Shown piece by piece: positions 37,711-47,354 of a stretch of DNA of 64,000 nucleotides. Position 1 is the stretch's first letter; every line of letters begins with the position of its first letter. The DNA is taken from the NCBI GenBank assembly GCA_963704725.1, contig OY969934.1:1344001-1408000 (forward strand), in the 5' to 3' direction. The position numbers and the translations under genes are program-made. The DNA comes from an uncultured Actinomycetes bacterium. Its GTDB lineage: Bacteria > Actinomycetota > UBA4738 > HRBIN12. A model generated the notes under the pieces. That model made no database searches. It was given only the letters and a program-made list of their open reading frames with translations, and was not told the origin of the DNA.

Positions 37711-38838
37711 TTGGCACAACCGGAGGTCCGGGTCGACCGCGCCCACGCGTCCGCGGAAGGCGCCGTCGCCGTCCGGCTGGCCGGGGTGCGCAAGCGCTTC
37801 GGAGACGTCGTCGCGGTCGACGGCGTCGACCTGGAGGTCGCCGAGGGCGAGTTCTTCTCGATGCTCGGTCCATCCGGGTCGGGCAAGACCACCTGCCTGC
37901 GGATGATCGCCGGCTTCGAGCCGCCGACCGAGGGCCGGATCGAGCTCGGGGGCCGGGACGTGACGGGCCTCGCGCCGTACGAGCGAGACGTCAACACCGT
38001 CTTCCAGGACTACGCGCTCTTCCCGCACATGACGGTGCTCGAGAACGTCGAGTACGGCCTGCGGGTCAAGAAGGTCCCCAAGACCGAACGGTCCGAGAGG
38101 GCCGCCGACGCCTTGGCCATGGTGCAGCTCGGCGGGTTCGGCGATCGCAAGCCCTCGCAGCTCTCGGGCGGGCAGCGCCAGCGGGTCGCGCTGGCCCGGG
38201 CGCTCGTCAACCGGCCGCGGGTCCTGCTCCTGGACGAGCCGCTCGGGGCGCTCGACCTCAAGCTGCGCCAGGCGATGCAGATCGAGCTGAAGGAGATCCA
38301 GCAGCGCGTCGGGCTCACGTTCGTCTACGTGACGCACGACCAGGAGGAGGCGCTCACGATGAGCGACCGCCTGGCGGTGTTCAGCCACGGCCGGATCGAG
38401 CAGGTGGGGACCCCGGCCGAGGTCTACGAGCGGCCCGCGACGGGGTTCGTGGCCGGATTCGTCGGGACGTCGAACGTGCTCTCGGGAACCGTGGCCGAGG
38501 CGATCACCGGCTCGGCCGAGGCCATCACGATCCGGCCGGAGAAGATCCACATGGGCGAGGTCTCCTCGAGCGCCGGCCCCGACGAGTGCACGGCGACCGG
38601 ACACGTCACCGAGGTCGTCTACATCGGCGCGCTGACGAAGTACTCGGTCGCGCTCGACGCCGGCGGAGTGCTCGTCGTCTTCCAGCAGAATCTCAGCACG
38701 TCGTCGATGGAGGCGCTCCAGGTGAAGGGGCGAGCCGTGCGGCTCACGTGGAGTCGGGGGAACAACCGCCCGATCGTCGCGACGGGCGTCGATGCGTCGT
38801 CGGATCCCGATGCGGGGTCGAAGGAGGGAATGGGATGA
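37711..38838 (+). CDS. Polyamine ABC transporter ATP-binding protein (PotA-like)
   Basis: GGAGG RBS + TTG; GPSGSGKT, VFQDYALFPHM, LSGGQRQR, DEPLGALD, TOBE-like tail. Confidence 0.92.
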   Translation: MAQPEVRVDRAHASAEGAVAVRLAGVRKRFGDVVAVDGVDLEVAEGEFFSMLGPSGSGKTTCLRMIAGFEPPTEGRIELGGRDVTGLAPYERDVNTVFQDYALFPHMTVLENVEYGLRVKKVPKTERSERAADALAMVQLGGFGDRKPSQLSGGQRQRVALARALVNRPRVLLLDEPLGALDLKLRQAMQIELKEIQQRVGLTFVYVTHDQEEALTMSDRLAVFSHGRIEQVGTPAEVYERPATGFVAGFVGTSNVLSGTVAEAITGSAEAITIRPEKIHMGEVSSSAGPDECTATGHVTEVVYIGALTKYSVALDAGGVLVVFQQNLSTSSMEALQVKGRAVRLTWSRGNNRPIVATGVDASSDPDAGSKEGMG

Positions 38839-40025
38839 GGACTTTCAGGGGGGCGCTGCCGATCGTCTTCGTGCTCGCGCTCGTGGCCGCAGCGTGCGGC
38901 AACGACGAGGGCGACGGGGGCGGCGGCAGCGGCGGCGGGGAGCAGCAGGTGTTCTCCTACGACGCGAACGCAACGGGTGAGGGGGAGCTCAGCCTCATCG
39001 CGTGGCCGGGGTACACGGAGGACGACTGGGTGACGCCGTTCGAGGATGAGTCCGGCTGCCAGGTGACGGTGAAGCCGGGCAACACCTCGGACGAGATGGT
39101 GAACCTCATGCGCCAGCAGGGCGGCAGCCTCTACGACGGCGTGTCGGCGTCGGGGGACGCGACGAACCGCCTCATCGCCAACGGCGACGTCGCAGCGGTG
39201 GACATCTCCTCGTTCCCCGACTACACGGACGTGATGCAGACCCTCCAGGCGCCGCCGCACAACACGGTGAACGGCGTCCACTACGGCGTGCCGTACATGT
39301 GGGGACCGAACCTGCTCATGTACAACAGCGCCGAGGTCAGCCCGGCGCCGACGAGCTGGGACGTGACGTTCGCGGCGGACTCGCCGTACGCGGGGAAGGT
39401 GACCGCGTACGACAGCCCGATCTTCATCGCCGACGCCGCGATGTACCTGATGTCGACGCAGCCCGATCTGGGGATCACCGATCCCTACGAGCTGACGCAG
39501 GACCAGCTCGATGCGGCCGTGCAGGTGCTGCAGACCCAGGCGAACCTGGTGGGCAAGTACTGGGCCGTCTACACGGACGAGATCGACGGGTTCAGCTCCG
39601 GGGACATGGTCGTCGGAACGGCCTGGCCGGTGAACTGGCAGTACACGAAGGCCGAGGACGTGCCGGTGGAGGCCGTCATCCCGTCGGAGGGCGTCACGGG
39701 CTGGGCCGACACCTGGATGATGTCGTCGAACGCGCCGCACCCCGTCTGCATGCTGAAGTGGATGGAGTACACGCTCCGGCCCGACGTGCAGACGCAGGTG
39801 GCGGAGTTCTACGGCGCCACGCCCTCGAACATCGGGTCGTGCGACCAGCTGAACTCGGACCTGGGCGCGGATGCCGCCGCGTACCACTGCGGCGACGACG
39901 AGTTCCTTTCGAGCGTCTGGCTGTGGAAGACGCCGCTGCCCGACTGCGGCGACGATCGCGGGGAGACGTGCACCGACTACTCGGCCTGGACGAACGCCTG
40001 GACCCAGATCCGGGGCGCCGGCTAG
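38835..40025 (+). CDS. Polyamine ABC transporter substrate-binding lipoprotein (PotD/YdcS-like)
   Basis: Lipobox AAAC; AWPGY, SASGDA, GVPYMWGPN, EGVTGWADTW. Confidence 0.9.
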   Translation: MRTFRGALPIVFVLALVAAACGNDEGDGGGGSGGGEQQVFSYDANATGEGELSLIAWPGYTEDDWVTPFEDESGCQVTVKPGNTSDEMVNLMRQQGGSLYDGVSASGDATNRLIANGDVAAVDISSFPDYTDVMQTLQAPPHNTVNGVHYGVPYMWGPNLLMYNSAEVSPAPTSWDVTFAADSPYAGKVTAYDSPIFIADAAMYLMSTQPDLGITDPYELTQDQLDAAVQVLQTQANLVGKYWAVYTDEIDGFSSGDMVVGTAWPVNWQYTKAEDVPVEAVIPSEGVTGWADTWMMSSNAPHPVCMLKWMEYTLRPDVQTQVAEFYGATPSNIGSCDQLNSDLGADAAAYHCGDDEFLSSVWLWKTPLPDCGDDRGETCTDYSAWTNAWTQIRGAG

Positions 40026-40039
40026 GACCTGCGACGTGA

Positions 40040-40067
40040 GGGAGCCCGGCCGGTTGGCCGGGCTCCC
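40040..40067 (+). terminator. Intra-operon hairpin after the substrate-binding gene (mRNA-stabilising or attenuating)
   Basis: GGGAGCCCGGCC-GGTT-GGCCGGGCTCCC, 12-bp stem. Confidence 0.6.
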
Positions 40068-40082
40068 CTCCTCACCGACGAG

Positions 40083-40988
40083 ATGGCCGCGGCGACCGCA
40101 CCGATCGACGCCCCCGAGGGCCCTCTCGCTCGGCGCGTCTCCGCGGGTCTGTTCCGGCATCCCCGGGCCAAGCTCGCGCTCATGCTCGGGCCGCCGCTGA
40201 CGTGGATGGGGCTCGTGTACCTCGCGTCGTTGACCCTGCTCCTCGTGACGTCGTTCTGGCGGCTCGACGTGCTGACGTCGCAGATCGAGCATTCGTGGGG
40301 ACTGCAGAACTACCAGACGCTCGTCCGGGACTCGGTCTATCGAACGATCGTGCTCCGGACGGTCGGCATGGCCGCCGCCGTGACGGTGACCGACCTCGTC
40401 CTGGCGTTCCCCATCGCCTACTACATGGTTCGTCTCGCCACGCCGAGGGTCCGCTCGTTGCTGCTGCTGGCGGTCGTCATGCCGTTGTGGTCCAACTACC
40501 TCGTGCGCATGTTCTCGTGGAAGATCATCACCGCGGGCAACGGGCCGCTGGAGAGCCTCCTCGGGCTGGTCGGGATCCACGTCGGCCTGGCCGCGAGCAA
40601 CTGGGCGGTGTGGCTCACGTTCTGCTACCTCTGGTTGCCGTTCGCGATCCTGCCCGTCTACGCGGCGCTCGAGCGGCTCCCCTCCTCGCTGTTGGAGGCC
40701 TCCAGCGACCTCGGCGCATCGGGATGGATGACGTTCCGCCGGGTCGTGCTCCCGACGATCTTCCCCGGCCTCGTCGCCGCCTCGATCTTCACGTTCTCGC
40801 TCACGCTCGGGGACTACATCACCCCGATCACGGTGGGGAACGGCTTCTTCATCGGGAACGCGATCTACAACCTCGTCGGAACGGCGAGCAACCTTCCGCT
40901 CGCGGCCGCCCTCGCCACGATCCCGGTGATCGTGATGGCGCTGTACCTGACGCTCGCGCGGCGCCTGGGCGCGCTCGAGGCGCTGTAG
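40083..40988 (+). CDS. Polyamine ABC transporter permease (PotB-like)
   Basis: PLWSNYLVR, LPF.ILP.Y, EASSDLGA (EAA loop), LTLGDY. Confidence 0.9.
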   Translation: MAAATAPIDAPEGPLARRVSAGLFRHPRAKLALMLGPPLTWMGLVYLASLTLLLVTSFWRLDVLTSQIEHSWGLQNYQTLVRDSVYRTIVLRTVGMAAAVTVTDLVLAFPIAYYMVRLATPRVRSLLLLAVVMPLWSNYLVRMFSWKIITAGNGPLESLLGLVGIHVGLAASNWAVWLTFCYLWLPFAILPVYAALERLPSSLLEASSDLGASGWMTFRRVVLPTIFPGLVAASIFTFSLTLGDYITPITVGNGFFIGNAIYNLVGTASNLPLAAALATIPVIVMALYLTLARRLGALEAL

Positions 40989-40992
40989 GCCG

Positions 40993-41814
40993 ATGGAGTC
41001 TCGTCTGGCGCGGCTGGTGATCAAGGGGGGAACCGCCCTGACGTTGACGTTCCTGTACGCGCCGCTCGTCATCCTCGCCCTGTACGCGTTCAGCAAGACG
41101 ATCGCGCATCGATGGCCCCCACAGCTGTGGACGACGAAGTGGTTCTCGACCGCCTGGCATGACCCGCAGCTCCCGACGGCGCTCGCCGGCTCGCTTCAGG
41201 CGGCGGTCGGAGCGACGATCCTCGCGTTGTTCCTCGGATCGCTGGCGGCGTTCGCGGTGCACCGGTTCCGCTTCTTCGGTCGGGAGGCCGTCTCCTTCGC
41301 CCTGGTGCTGCCGATCGCCCTGCCCGGCATCGTGACGGCCATCGCGCTGTCCTCCGCCATCAACTTCGGGCACGATCTGTTCGGCCTCACGTTCTCGGTG
41401 TGGACGGTCATCATCGGTCACGCCACGTTCTGCATCGTCGTCGTGTTCAACAACGTCATCGCGAGACTCCGGCGCACCGGCACGTCGCTGGTCGAGGCGT
41501 CGATGGATCTCGGCGCAGACGGGTGGCAGACGTTCCGGTACGTGACGCTCCCCGCGATCCGAACGGCTCTCGTCGCCGGGGCGCTGCTCGCCTTCGGACT
41601 GTCGTTCGACGAGGTGGTCGTGACGAACTTCACGGCCGGCACGAAGCTCACGCTCCCGCTGTGGATCTTCGGCAAGATCCGGACGCCGCGAGAGCAACCG
41701 GTCGTCAACGTCGTGGCGCTCGTCCTGATCTTGGCCTCGTTCATCCCCGTGTACCTCGCGCAGCGCCTGGCGACGGACACGACGGGGGCGATCAGCGCGG
41801 GCCGACGTCGATAA
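40993..41814 (+). CDS. Polyamine ABC transporter permease (PotC-like)
   Basis: FLYAPL, LPIALPGIV, EASMDLGA, LSFDEVVVT, TLPLWI. Confidence 0.9.
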   Translation: MESRLARLVIKGGTALTLTFLYAPLVILALYAFSKTIAHRWPPQLWTTKWFSTAWHDPQLPTALAGSLQAAVGATILALFLGSLAAFAVHRFRFFGREAVSFALVLPIALPGIVTAIALSSAINFGHDLFGLTFSVWTVIIGHATFCIVVVFNNVIARLRRTGTSLVEASMDLGADGWQTFRYVTLPAIRTALVAGALLAFGLSFDEVVVTNFTAGTKLTLPLWIFGKIRTPREQPVVNVVALVLILASFIPVYLAQRLATDTTGAISAGRRR

Positions 41815-41826
41815 CCTGCAGGGCAG

Positions 41827-43035
41827 ATGCGCCGCGCCGCCACGCTCGCGATCGTCCTGGCGCTGCTCGCCGCGGCGTGCGGCTCGAGCGGGGAGCCGGA
41901 GCCCCCGGCACCCCGCGGACCGGCCGAGGTCCTGAACGAGATCGGGGACCCCGAGGGCCAGCTCAGCTTGGTGGCGTTCGCCGGGTACGTCGAGGACGGC
42001 TCGAGCGATCCCGAGTTCGACTGGGTCCTGCCGTTCCAGCGCGCGACGGGGTGCGCCGTGGAGGTCCGATACGTGGATTCGGGCGACGAGGTCGTCCGGC
42101 TCCTGGAGCGCGAGGACTCAGGGTACGACGGCGCAGCGGTTCCGGGCGACGCGGCCGGCGAGCTCATCGCCGACCGGCGGGTCGCGGCGGTCGAACCCGA
42201 CCTGTTCCCCGCGTGGGGCGACGTCCTCGCGCCGCTCCGTGAGACGAACGCCCGCCACTACGTCGTCGACGACGACGTCTACGGGGTCCCCGCCCTGTAC
42301 GGACCCAACCTGCTCGTCTATCAGGCGCGGCTCGTCAAGCCCGCGCCGACCAGCTGGGACGTCGTGTTCGAACCGGACACGCCGTACGCGGGCTCGATCG
42401 TGATGATCGACTCCCCGATGGTGATCGCCGACGCGGCGCGCTACCTGCAAGCGCACGATCCCGACCTCGGCATCGAGGACCCGTACGCGCTCACGCCGCG
42501 CCAGCTCGATGCGGCCACGGCGCTGCTCCGCGACCAGTCGGATCGGGTCGGCCTGTACTGGAGCCTCCTGCCGGACTCGGTCGACGGGTTCCGCTCGGGC
42601 GAGACGCTCGTCGGCGAGGCGTGGCCGTTCGCGCTCAGCCTGCTGAAGATCGACGACCTGCCGTTCAACGCGGCCGATCCGTCCGAGGGGATGACCGGCT
42701 GGGCCGACACGTGGATGGTCGCCGTCGACGCTCCTCACCCCAACTGCATGCTGCTGTGGATGCGCTGGACCCTGTCCGCGAAGGTCCAGGCCGAGATGGC
42801 GATGTGGTACGGCGGGGCCCCCAGCAACGGGAGAGCCTGCCCCCTGATCCGCGAGGAGCTCGGTCAGTTCTCCGATCTCGCCGACACGCTTCGGTTCGGC
42901 CGGTGCGGCGACGAGGACTTCCTGGCCGCGCTCTCGCTGTGGCGGATGCCGACGGTCGATTGCGGCGACGATCGCGGGCGCGAGTGCACCGGCCTGCCCG
43001 CCTGGCGCAGGAGCTGGGCCGACGTGCGCAGCTGA
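41827..43035 (+). CDS. Second polyamine-type substrate-binding lipoprotein (paralog)
   Basis: Lipobox AAAC; shares GWADTW, APHP.CML and CGDDRG..CT with 38835..40025. Confidence 0.87.
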   Translation: MRRAATLAIVLALLAAACGSSGEPEPPAPRGPAEVLNEIGDPEGQLSLVAFAGYVEDGSSDPEFDWVLPFQRATGCAVEVRYVDSGDEVVRLLEREDSGYDGAAVPGDAAGELIADRRVAAVEPDLFPAWGDVLAPLRETNARHYVVDDDVYGVPALYGPNLLVYQARLVKPAPTSWDVVFEPDTPYAGSIVMIDSPMVIADAARYLQAHDPDLGIEDPYALTPRQLDAATALLRDQSDRVGLYWSLLPDSVDGFRSGETLVGEAWPFALSLLKIDDLPFNAADPSEGMTGWADTWMVAVDAPHPNCMLLWMRWTLSAKVQAEMAMWYGGAPSNGRACPLIREELGQFSDLADTLRFGRCGDEDFLAALSLWRMPTVDCGDDRGRECTGLPAWRRSWADVRS

Positions 43036-43047
43036 CGCGGGCGAGGG

Positions 43048-43545
43048 CTACAGGTACTGCCCGCGAAGGTCCGTGTCCGGGGCGGCCTCGGGCGCGCCCT
43101 GGGGCAGCCCTCGCCGTCGAAGCTCCTCGAACTGCGCTCGTGCCGCCGCCTGCTGGGCGAACAGGGCGGCCTGGATCCCGTGGAACAGGCCCTCGAGCCA
43201 GCCCACGAGCTGCGCCTGCGCGATCCGGATCTCGGACTCGGTCGGCACCCCGTCCATGGGGGGTGCCAACGCCTCGAGCTCCTCGCGCAGGTCGGGGCTC
43301 AACACCTCGGCCAGCTCGCCGAGCGAGCGCTCGTAGATCTGGCGCAGGCGCACCCGCCCCGGCTCGTCGAGCGAGGCCTGGCGCGTGTCCTCGAGCAGCT
43401 CGCGGACCATGCTGGCGATCCGCAGGAGCTTGGCCGGCTGGGTGATCGACTCCTGGGGCGCTTCGGGCATCGGCTCGGCGGGAGCGACCGGCTGGGCGTC
43501 CTGGCCCGGCGCCTGGGGCATCGCGACGTCGTCCATGTCCTCCAC
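43048..43545 (-). CDS. bpa: Bacterial proteasome activator Bpa/PafE
   Basis: QPAKLLRIASMVRELLE, ELREEL, RIAQAQLVGWLEGLFHGIQ, C-terminal GQYL. Confidence 0.93.
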   Translation of the reverse strand: MEDMDDVAMPQAPGQDAQPVAPAEPMPEAPQESITQPAKLLRIASMVRELLEDTRQASLDEPGRVRLRQIYERSLGELAEVLSPDLREELEALAPPMDGVPTESEIRIAQAQLVGWLEGLFHGIQAALFAQQAAARAQFEELRRRGLPQGAPEAAPDTDLRGQYL

Positions 43546-43583
43546 CGTAGCAGCCCTCAGGCGCCGTCCGGGAGCACGCGGAG

Positions 43584-44930
43584 TCAGTTCCCGGCGAGCT
43601 CGGAGAACAGGATCGCCTCGGCGAGCGCCGCCCGCTCGAGGTCCGCCAGATCGACGCTCTCGTCGATCGAGTGGTACTGGCTCTTCTCGTCGGAGACGCC
43701 GTAGATCAGGATCTCCGCGCCGGGCAGGGCCTCAGCCACGACCGGCACGAGGGGCACCGATCCGCCGCTCCCGCTCTCGACCGGATCCCGCCCGTAGGCC
43801 TCCTTCATGGCGCGCTGCATCGCCGCGAACGCCGGCCCGTCGTTCGGCAGCCGGAGCCCCCGGCCCGCCGACCCCTCCTCGACCGAGACCTCCACGCCCC
43901 ACGGCGCGTGCTCCCGAAGGTGGTTCATGAGCAGCTCCATGGCCCGCGCGGGCTCCTCGTCCGGCGGGATCCGCAGGCTGACCTTCGCCGAGGCCACGGG
44001 GACGAGCTGGTTGGAGGCCTCGCGTACCCGGGGCGCGTCGATGCCGAGCACCGAGACGGCGGGCTTGGACCACAGCCGCTCGGCGAGCGGTCCCGAGCCC
44101 AGCAGCCGGACGCCCGGGCGGATCGGGGCCTCGTCGCGAAGCTCGTTCTCGCTGATCTGGACGCCGTCCCATCGGGCCCGCCGGAGCCCGTCGATCGCGA
44201 CCTCGCCGCCGTCGTCCTGCAGGGTCACCAGGAGCCGGGCGAGGCTCGAGATCGCGTCGGGGATGGGCCCGCCGAACGTGCCGGAGTGCACGGCCAGGTC
44301 GAGGACGCGGACGGTGACCCGGCAGTCGACCACGCCCCGGATGCTCGTCTCGAGCGCGGGGACGCCGGTCCGCCAGTTGCCGCCGTCGGCGATGCCGATC
44401 ACGTCGGCCGCCAGGAGGTCGCGGTGCTCGCCGATCAGGAAGGGGAGATGCGCGGTGCTGGTTTCCTCCTCACCCTCGACGATCACCTTCAGCGTGATGG
44501 GGGGCGAGCCGCCCCACGCGCGCACCGCCGCGGCGTGAAGGACGATCCCGCACTTGTCGTCGGAGGTGCCGCGGCCGAACAGCCGGCCGTCGCGGACCTC
44601 GGGCTCGAACGGAGGGCTCGACCACTCCTCGACCGGTCCCTCCGGTTGCACGTCGTGGTGAGCGTACAGGAGCATCGTCGGTGCGCCGGCCGGTCCGCGG
44701 ACCTCGCCGTACACGGCCGGATGCGGGGTGCCGTCGGGCATCTCGATCAGCCGGACCCCGTCGAAGCCCGCGGAGGTCAGGATCTCGGCGGTCGTCTCGG
44801 CCGACGCCCGGACCGGGCCGCCGTCGTAGCCGGGGAAGGCGATCGAGGGGATCCGCACCAGGCGCGAGAGCTCCTCGACGGACGCCGGCATGCCCTGGGC
44901 GATCGCTGCGCGGAGGTCCGGCGGGCGCAT
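43584..44930 (-). CDS. M20 family dipeptidase
   Basis: LLYAHHDVQP, GRGTSDDK, EGEEE, HSG.FGG, GSGGSVP, HSIDES. Confidence 0.92.
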   Translation of the reverse strand: MRPPDLRAAIAQGMPASVEELSRLVRIPSIAFPGYDGGPVRASAETTAEILTSAGFDGVRLIEMPDGTPHPAVYGEVRGPAGAPTMLLYAHHDVQPEGPVEEWSSPPFEPEVRDGRLFGRGTSDDKCGIVLHAAAVRAWGGSPPITLKVIVEGEEETSTAHLPFLIGEHRDLLAADVIGIADGGNWRTGVPALETSIRGVVDCRVTVRVLDLAVHSGTFGGPIPDAISSLARLLVTLQDDGGEVAIDGLRRARWDGVQISENELRDEAPIRPGVRLLGSGPLAERLWSKPAVSVLGIDAPRVREASNQLVPVASAKVSLRIPPDEEPARAMELLMNHLREHAPWGVEVSVEEGSAGRGLRLPNDGPAFAAMQRAMKEAYGRDPVESGSGGSVPLVPVVAEALPGAEILIYGVSDEKSQYHSIDESVDLADLERAALAEAILFSELAGN

Positions 44931-45055
44931 ACGGGCCCGAACGATACCAGCGCCGACGGCACCGACCTTTCGCCCGCGTGAGGGGGGCCGTTCGACCCGA
45001 CCCGGGGCGGGGCGGCGGGCGCAGCCTGGAGTCGAGAACGAGCCCGGGAGGCGCG

Positions 45056-45469
45056 ATGTCCACGATCACGGTGCGGCACGAGGACGGCGACCGGTTCCGC
45101 GTCGGCGTTCGCGGGCACGAGCTCGTCGTCGACCAGCCGCTCGACGACGGGGGCGGGGACATGGGCCCCTCGCCGACGGAGCTGTTCGTCGCGAGTCTCG
45201 CGGCGTGCATCGCGTTCTACGGGGGCCGGTTCCTCCGGCGACACGGCCTGTCGCTCGAGGGCTTCGGCGTCACGAGCGGATTCGCGTTCGCCACGGACCC
45301 ACCCGCGCGGGTGGGGTCGATCGACATCGCGGTGAGCCTTCCCGTCGGCTTCCCGGAGCAGCGGCGCGCGGCGTTCCTTGCAGTCGTCGAGCACTGCACG
45401 GTCCATAACTCGATCCGTCAGCCACCCGACCTGCGGATCGAGCTCCAGCAGGCCCGCGGCGCGGCGTAA
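45056..45469 (+). CDS. OsmC family protein
   Basis: GGGAGG RBS; DQP...GG.D.GPSPTELFVASLAAC, HCTVHNSI. Confidence 0.88.
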   Translation: MSTITVRHEDGDRFRVGVRGHELVVDQPLDDGGGDMGPSPTELFVASLAACIAFYGGRFLRRHGLSLEGFGVTSGFAFATDPPARVGSIDIAVSLPVGFPEQRRAAFLAVVEHCTVHNSIRQPPDLRIELQQARGAA

Positions 45470-45479
45470 GCCCCACCGC

Positions 45480-45986
45480 TCACCCGAGGTCCTTCGGCAC
45501 GACGAACGACGACAGCCGGGCCCGGCCCGGGCCGAGCTCGTGCCACGCCCCCTCGATCTCGAACGAGGCGAGCGCGCACGTCGGGAATCGCTCCCGGAGC
45601 CGGACGGCTGCCTCATCGAGTTCGGGCCCGACCAGCTCGACCGCGAGGTCCTGCATGCCGGGGTTGTGGCCGATCACGAGCAGCGTCCGGGATGCGCCCG
45701 CCATCTCGCGGATGCAAGCGAGGATCTCCCGGTCGCTCGCCCCGTAGAGCCGGTCCTCGAAGCGCTCGTGGGTGTCCGGCAGCCCGAGCAGCTCGAGCGT
45801 CCGGCGGGTCCGGAGTGCCGAGGAGCACAGGACGAGGTCGGGGAGCAGGCCCGAGGATCGAAGATGCGCGCCCAACCTGGCGGCGGCCGAGCGCCCTCGT
45901 TTGGCGAGCGGCCGGTCGCGATCGGGGGTCGCCGGCTCGTCCCAGCTCGACTTGGCGTGCCGAACCAGCAGGAGTCGGTTGGTCAT
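45480..45986 (-). CDS. SixA-type histidine phosphatase
   Basis: RHAKSSW, DRPL..RG, CSSALRTRRT, GHNPG, FPT. Confidence 0.9.
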   Translation of the reverse strand: MTNRLLLVRHAKSSWDEPATPDRDRPLAKRGRSAAARLGAHLRSSGLLPDLVLCSSALRTRRTLELLGLPDTHERFEDRLYGASDREILACIREMAGASRTLLVIGHNPGMQDLAVELVGPELDEAAVRLRERFPTCALASFEIEGAWHELGPGRARLSSFVVPKDLG

Positions 45987-46261
45987 TCCGCGAGACCACT
46001 ATCAGATCGAACGGGAGGTGGCGGCCGTCCGTGCGGTGGGACGGCACTCCGGTCGTGGGTCCTGCCGGTCATCTGACGCTCCTCCCGCGGCGGCGCCCCA
46101 CGAATCACGCTCGCGGTGCCTCCCCGAGCAAGCCGCGGGCTGTGGCCAGGGGCAAGGGGTGCACCCAACTTGACACAAGTCGAAGAAGTACCCGCAGGTA
46201 GATGGGCCTTTCCGCCTGAGCGGCCGTCATGCGAAGGTTTGGCGCGACGCGACTACGTGCG

Positions 46262-46846
46262 TCACTTCAGCACTTCGAATCGGAAGTGGGTGGCGCCCGG
46301 TGTCTCGATCGAACTCGTCCTCCGCAGTTCGATCCCCTCAGGATCGAGACCCTCGAAGAGCCGGATGCCGCCGCCGAGGAGTAAGGGGACCAGGTGGATG
46401 TGCATCTCGTCCAGCAACCCGGCCTTCAGATACTGCCTCATGATGTTCGCTCCGCCCCAGACACCGACGTTCTTGTCGCCGGCGGCGGCACGGGCCAGCT
46501 CGAGTGCGGCCCCGATCCCATCCGTCACGAAGTTGTAGGTCGTACCCCCCTGCATCGGCAGGGACTCCCGCTCTTCGTGAGTGACGATAAACACCGGCAT
46601 CCCGTACGGCGGAGGATCGCCCCACGGCTCGAACCCGACGTCGAACATCCGCTTCCCCATCAGCACCGCCCCGGTCAACTCGAACATCTCGTCCGCGATC
46701 GCGGCGTCGGTCTCCGTCTTTGCGTCGAATTGCCAGTCGGAAAGTCGACCAGGGTCGTTTCCCTCCAACGGGGTTCCGACGCTCGCATCGGGATCAGTGA
46801 TGAACCCGTCTAACGACATCGAGATCTCGGAAATGACCTTGCCCAT
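46262..46846 (-). CDS. Dihydrofolate reductase-like (RibD C-terminal) family protein
   Basis: ISMSLDGFI, GAVLMGKRMF, AGDKNV..GGA, GLLDE..HLVPLLLGGG.RLF; GAGGAGG RBS. Confidence 0.88.
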   Translation of the reverse strand: MGKVISEISMSLDGFITDPDASVGTPLEGNDPGRLSDWQFDAKTETDAAIADEMFELTGAVLMGKRMFDVGFEPWGDPPPYGMPVFIVTHEERESLPMQGGTTYNFVTDGIGAALELARAAAGDKNVGVWGGANIMRQYLKAGLLDEMHIHLVPLLLGGGIRLFEGLDPEGIELRRTSSIETPGATHFRFEVLK

Positions 46847-46913
46847 CGCAGGCCTCCTCATCGATCGAGGGAGACGGCTCCTCGTCTCACGCCATCCCCA
46901 CTTCCCCGCCCGC

Positions 46914-47354
46914 TCAGGTCGCGGACCGTGTCTGGATCCTGGCCTCGAACCCGTCCAGGAACTCGTTCCAGCCTTCGACGTACCCTCGTTCGACGTCGCC
47001 GGAGGGGAGCCCTCGTTGCGTGAGCGTGAGGAGCGTCCGGCCATCTCGCCATTGAAGGCTGATCTCCATCAGCGATTCGACGCGCGATCCGTCCGGCCAC
47101 TCGGTGGTCGACGCGTAGACGAGGCGGTGCGGCCTGTCCACGGTGTGGAAGACGTTGCGCTCGACGTAGGGCGCCGAGGACGGGCCGAACCGGATGATCC
47201 ACTCGCCTCCGACACGGAGATCGCACTCGGACTCCACGATCTCGTCGGGCCCCGAGACCCTGAGCGCACGTTGCGCATCGGGATCCGTGTAGGCGTCGAA
47301 CACGACGTCCGGGGGCGCCTCGAGCCACCGCTGGAGGCGGACGTCCGGGCTCAC
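46914..47354 (-). CDS. SRPBCC/AHSA1 (START-like) domain protein
   Basis: APPDVVFDAYTDP, DLRVGG.W, VDRPHRLVY, TLLTLTQ, EGW..FLD; GTG overlaps the ArsR stop. Confidence 0.85.
   Translation of the reverse strand: MSPDVRLQRWLEAPPDVVFDAYTDPDAQRALRVSGPDEIVESECDLRVGGEWIIRFGPSSAPYVERNVFHTVDRPHRLVYASTTEWPDGSRVESLMEISLQWRDGRTLLTLTQRGLPSGDVERGYVEGWNEFLDGFEARIQTRSAT

Noticed and set aside
46168-46180. Perfect TTGACA within a short palindrome (ACTTG-ACA-CAAGT)
   Set aside because: No -10 hexamer at 16-19 nt spacing and no plus-strand gene downstream; too short to call an operator.
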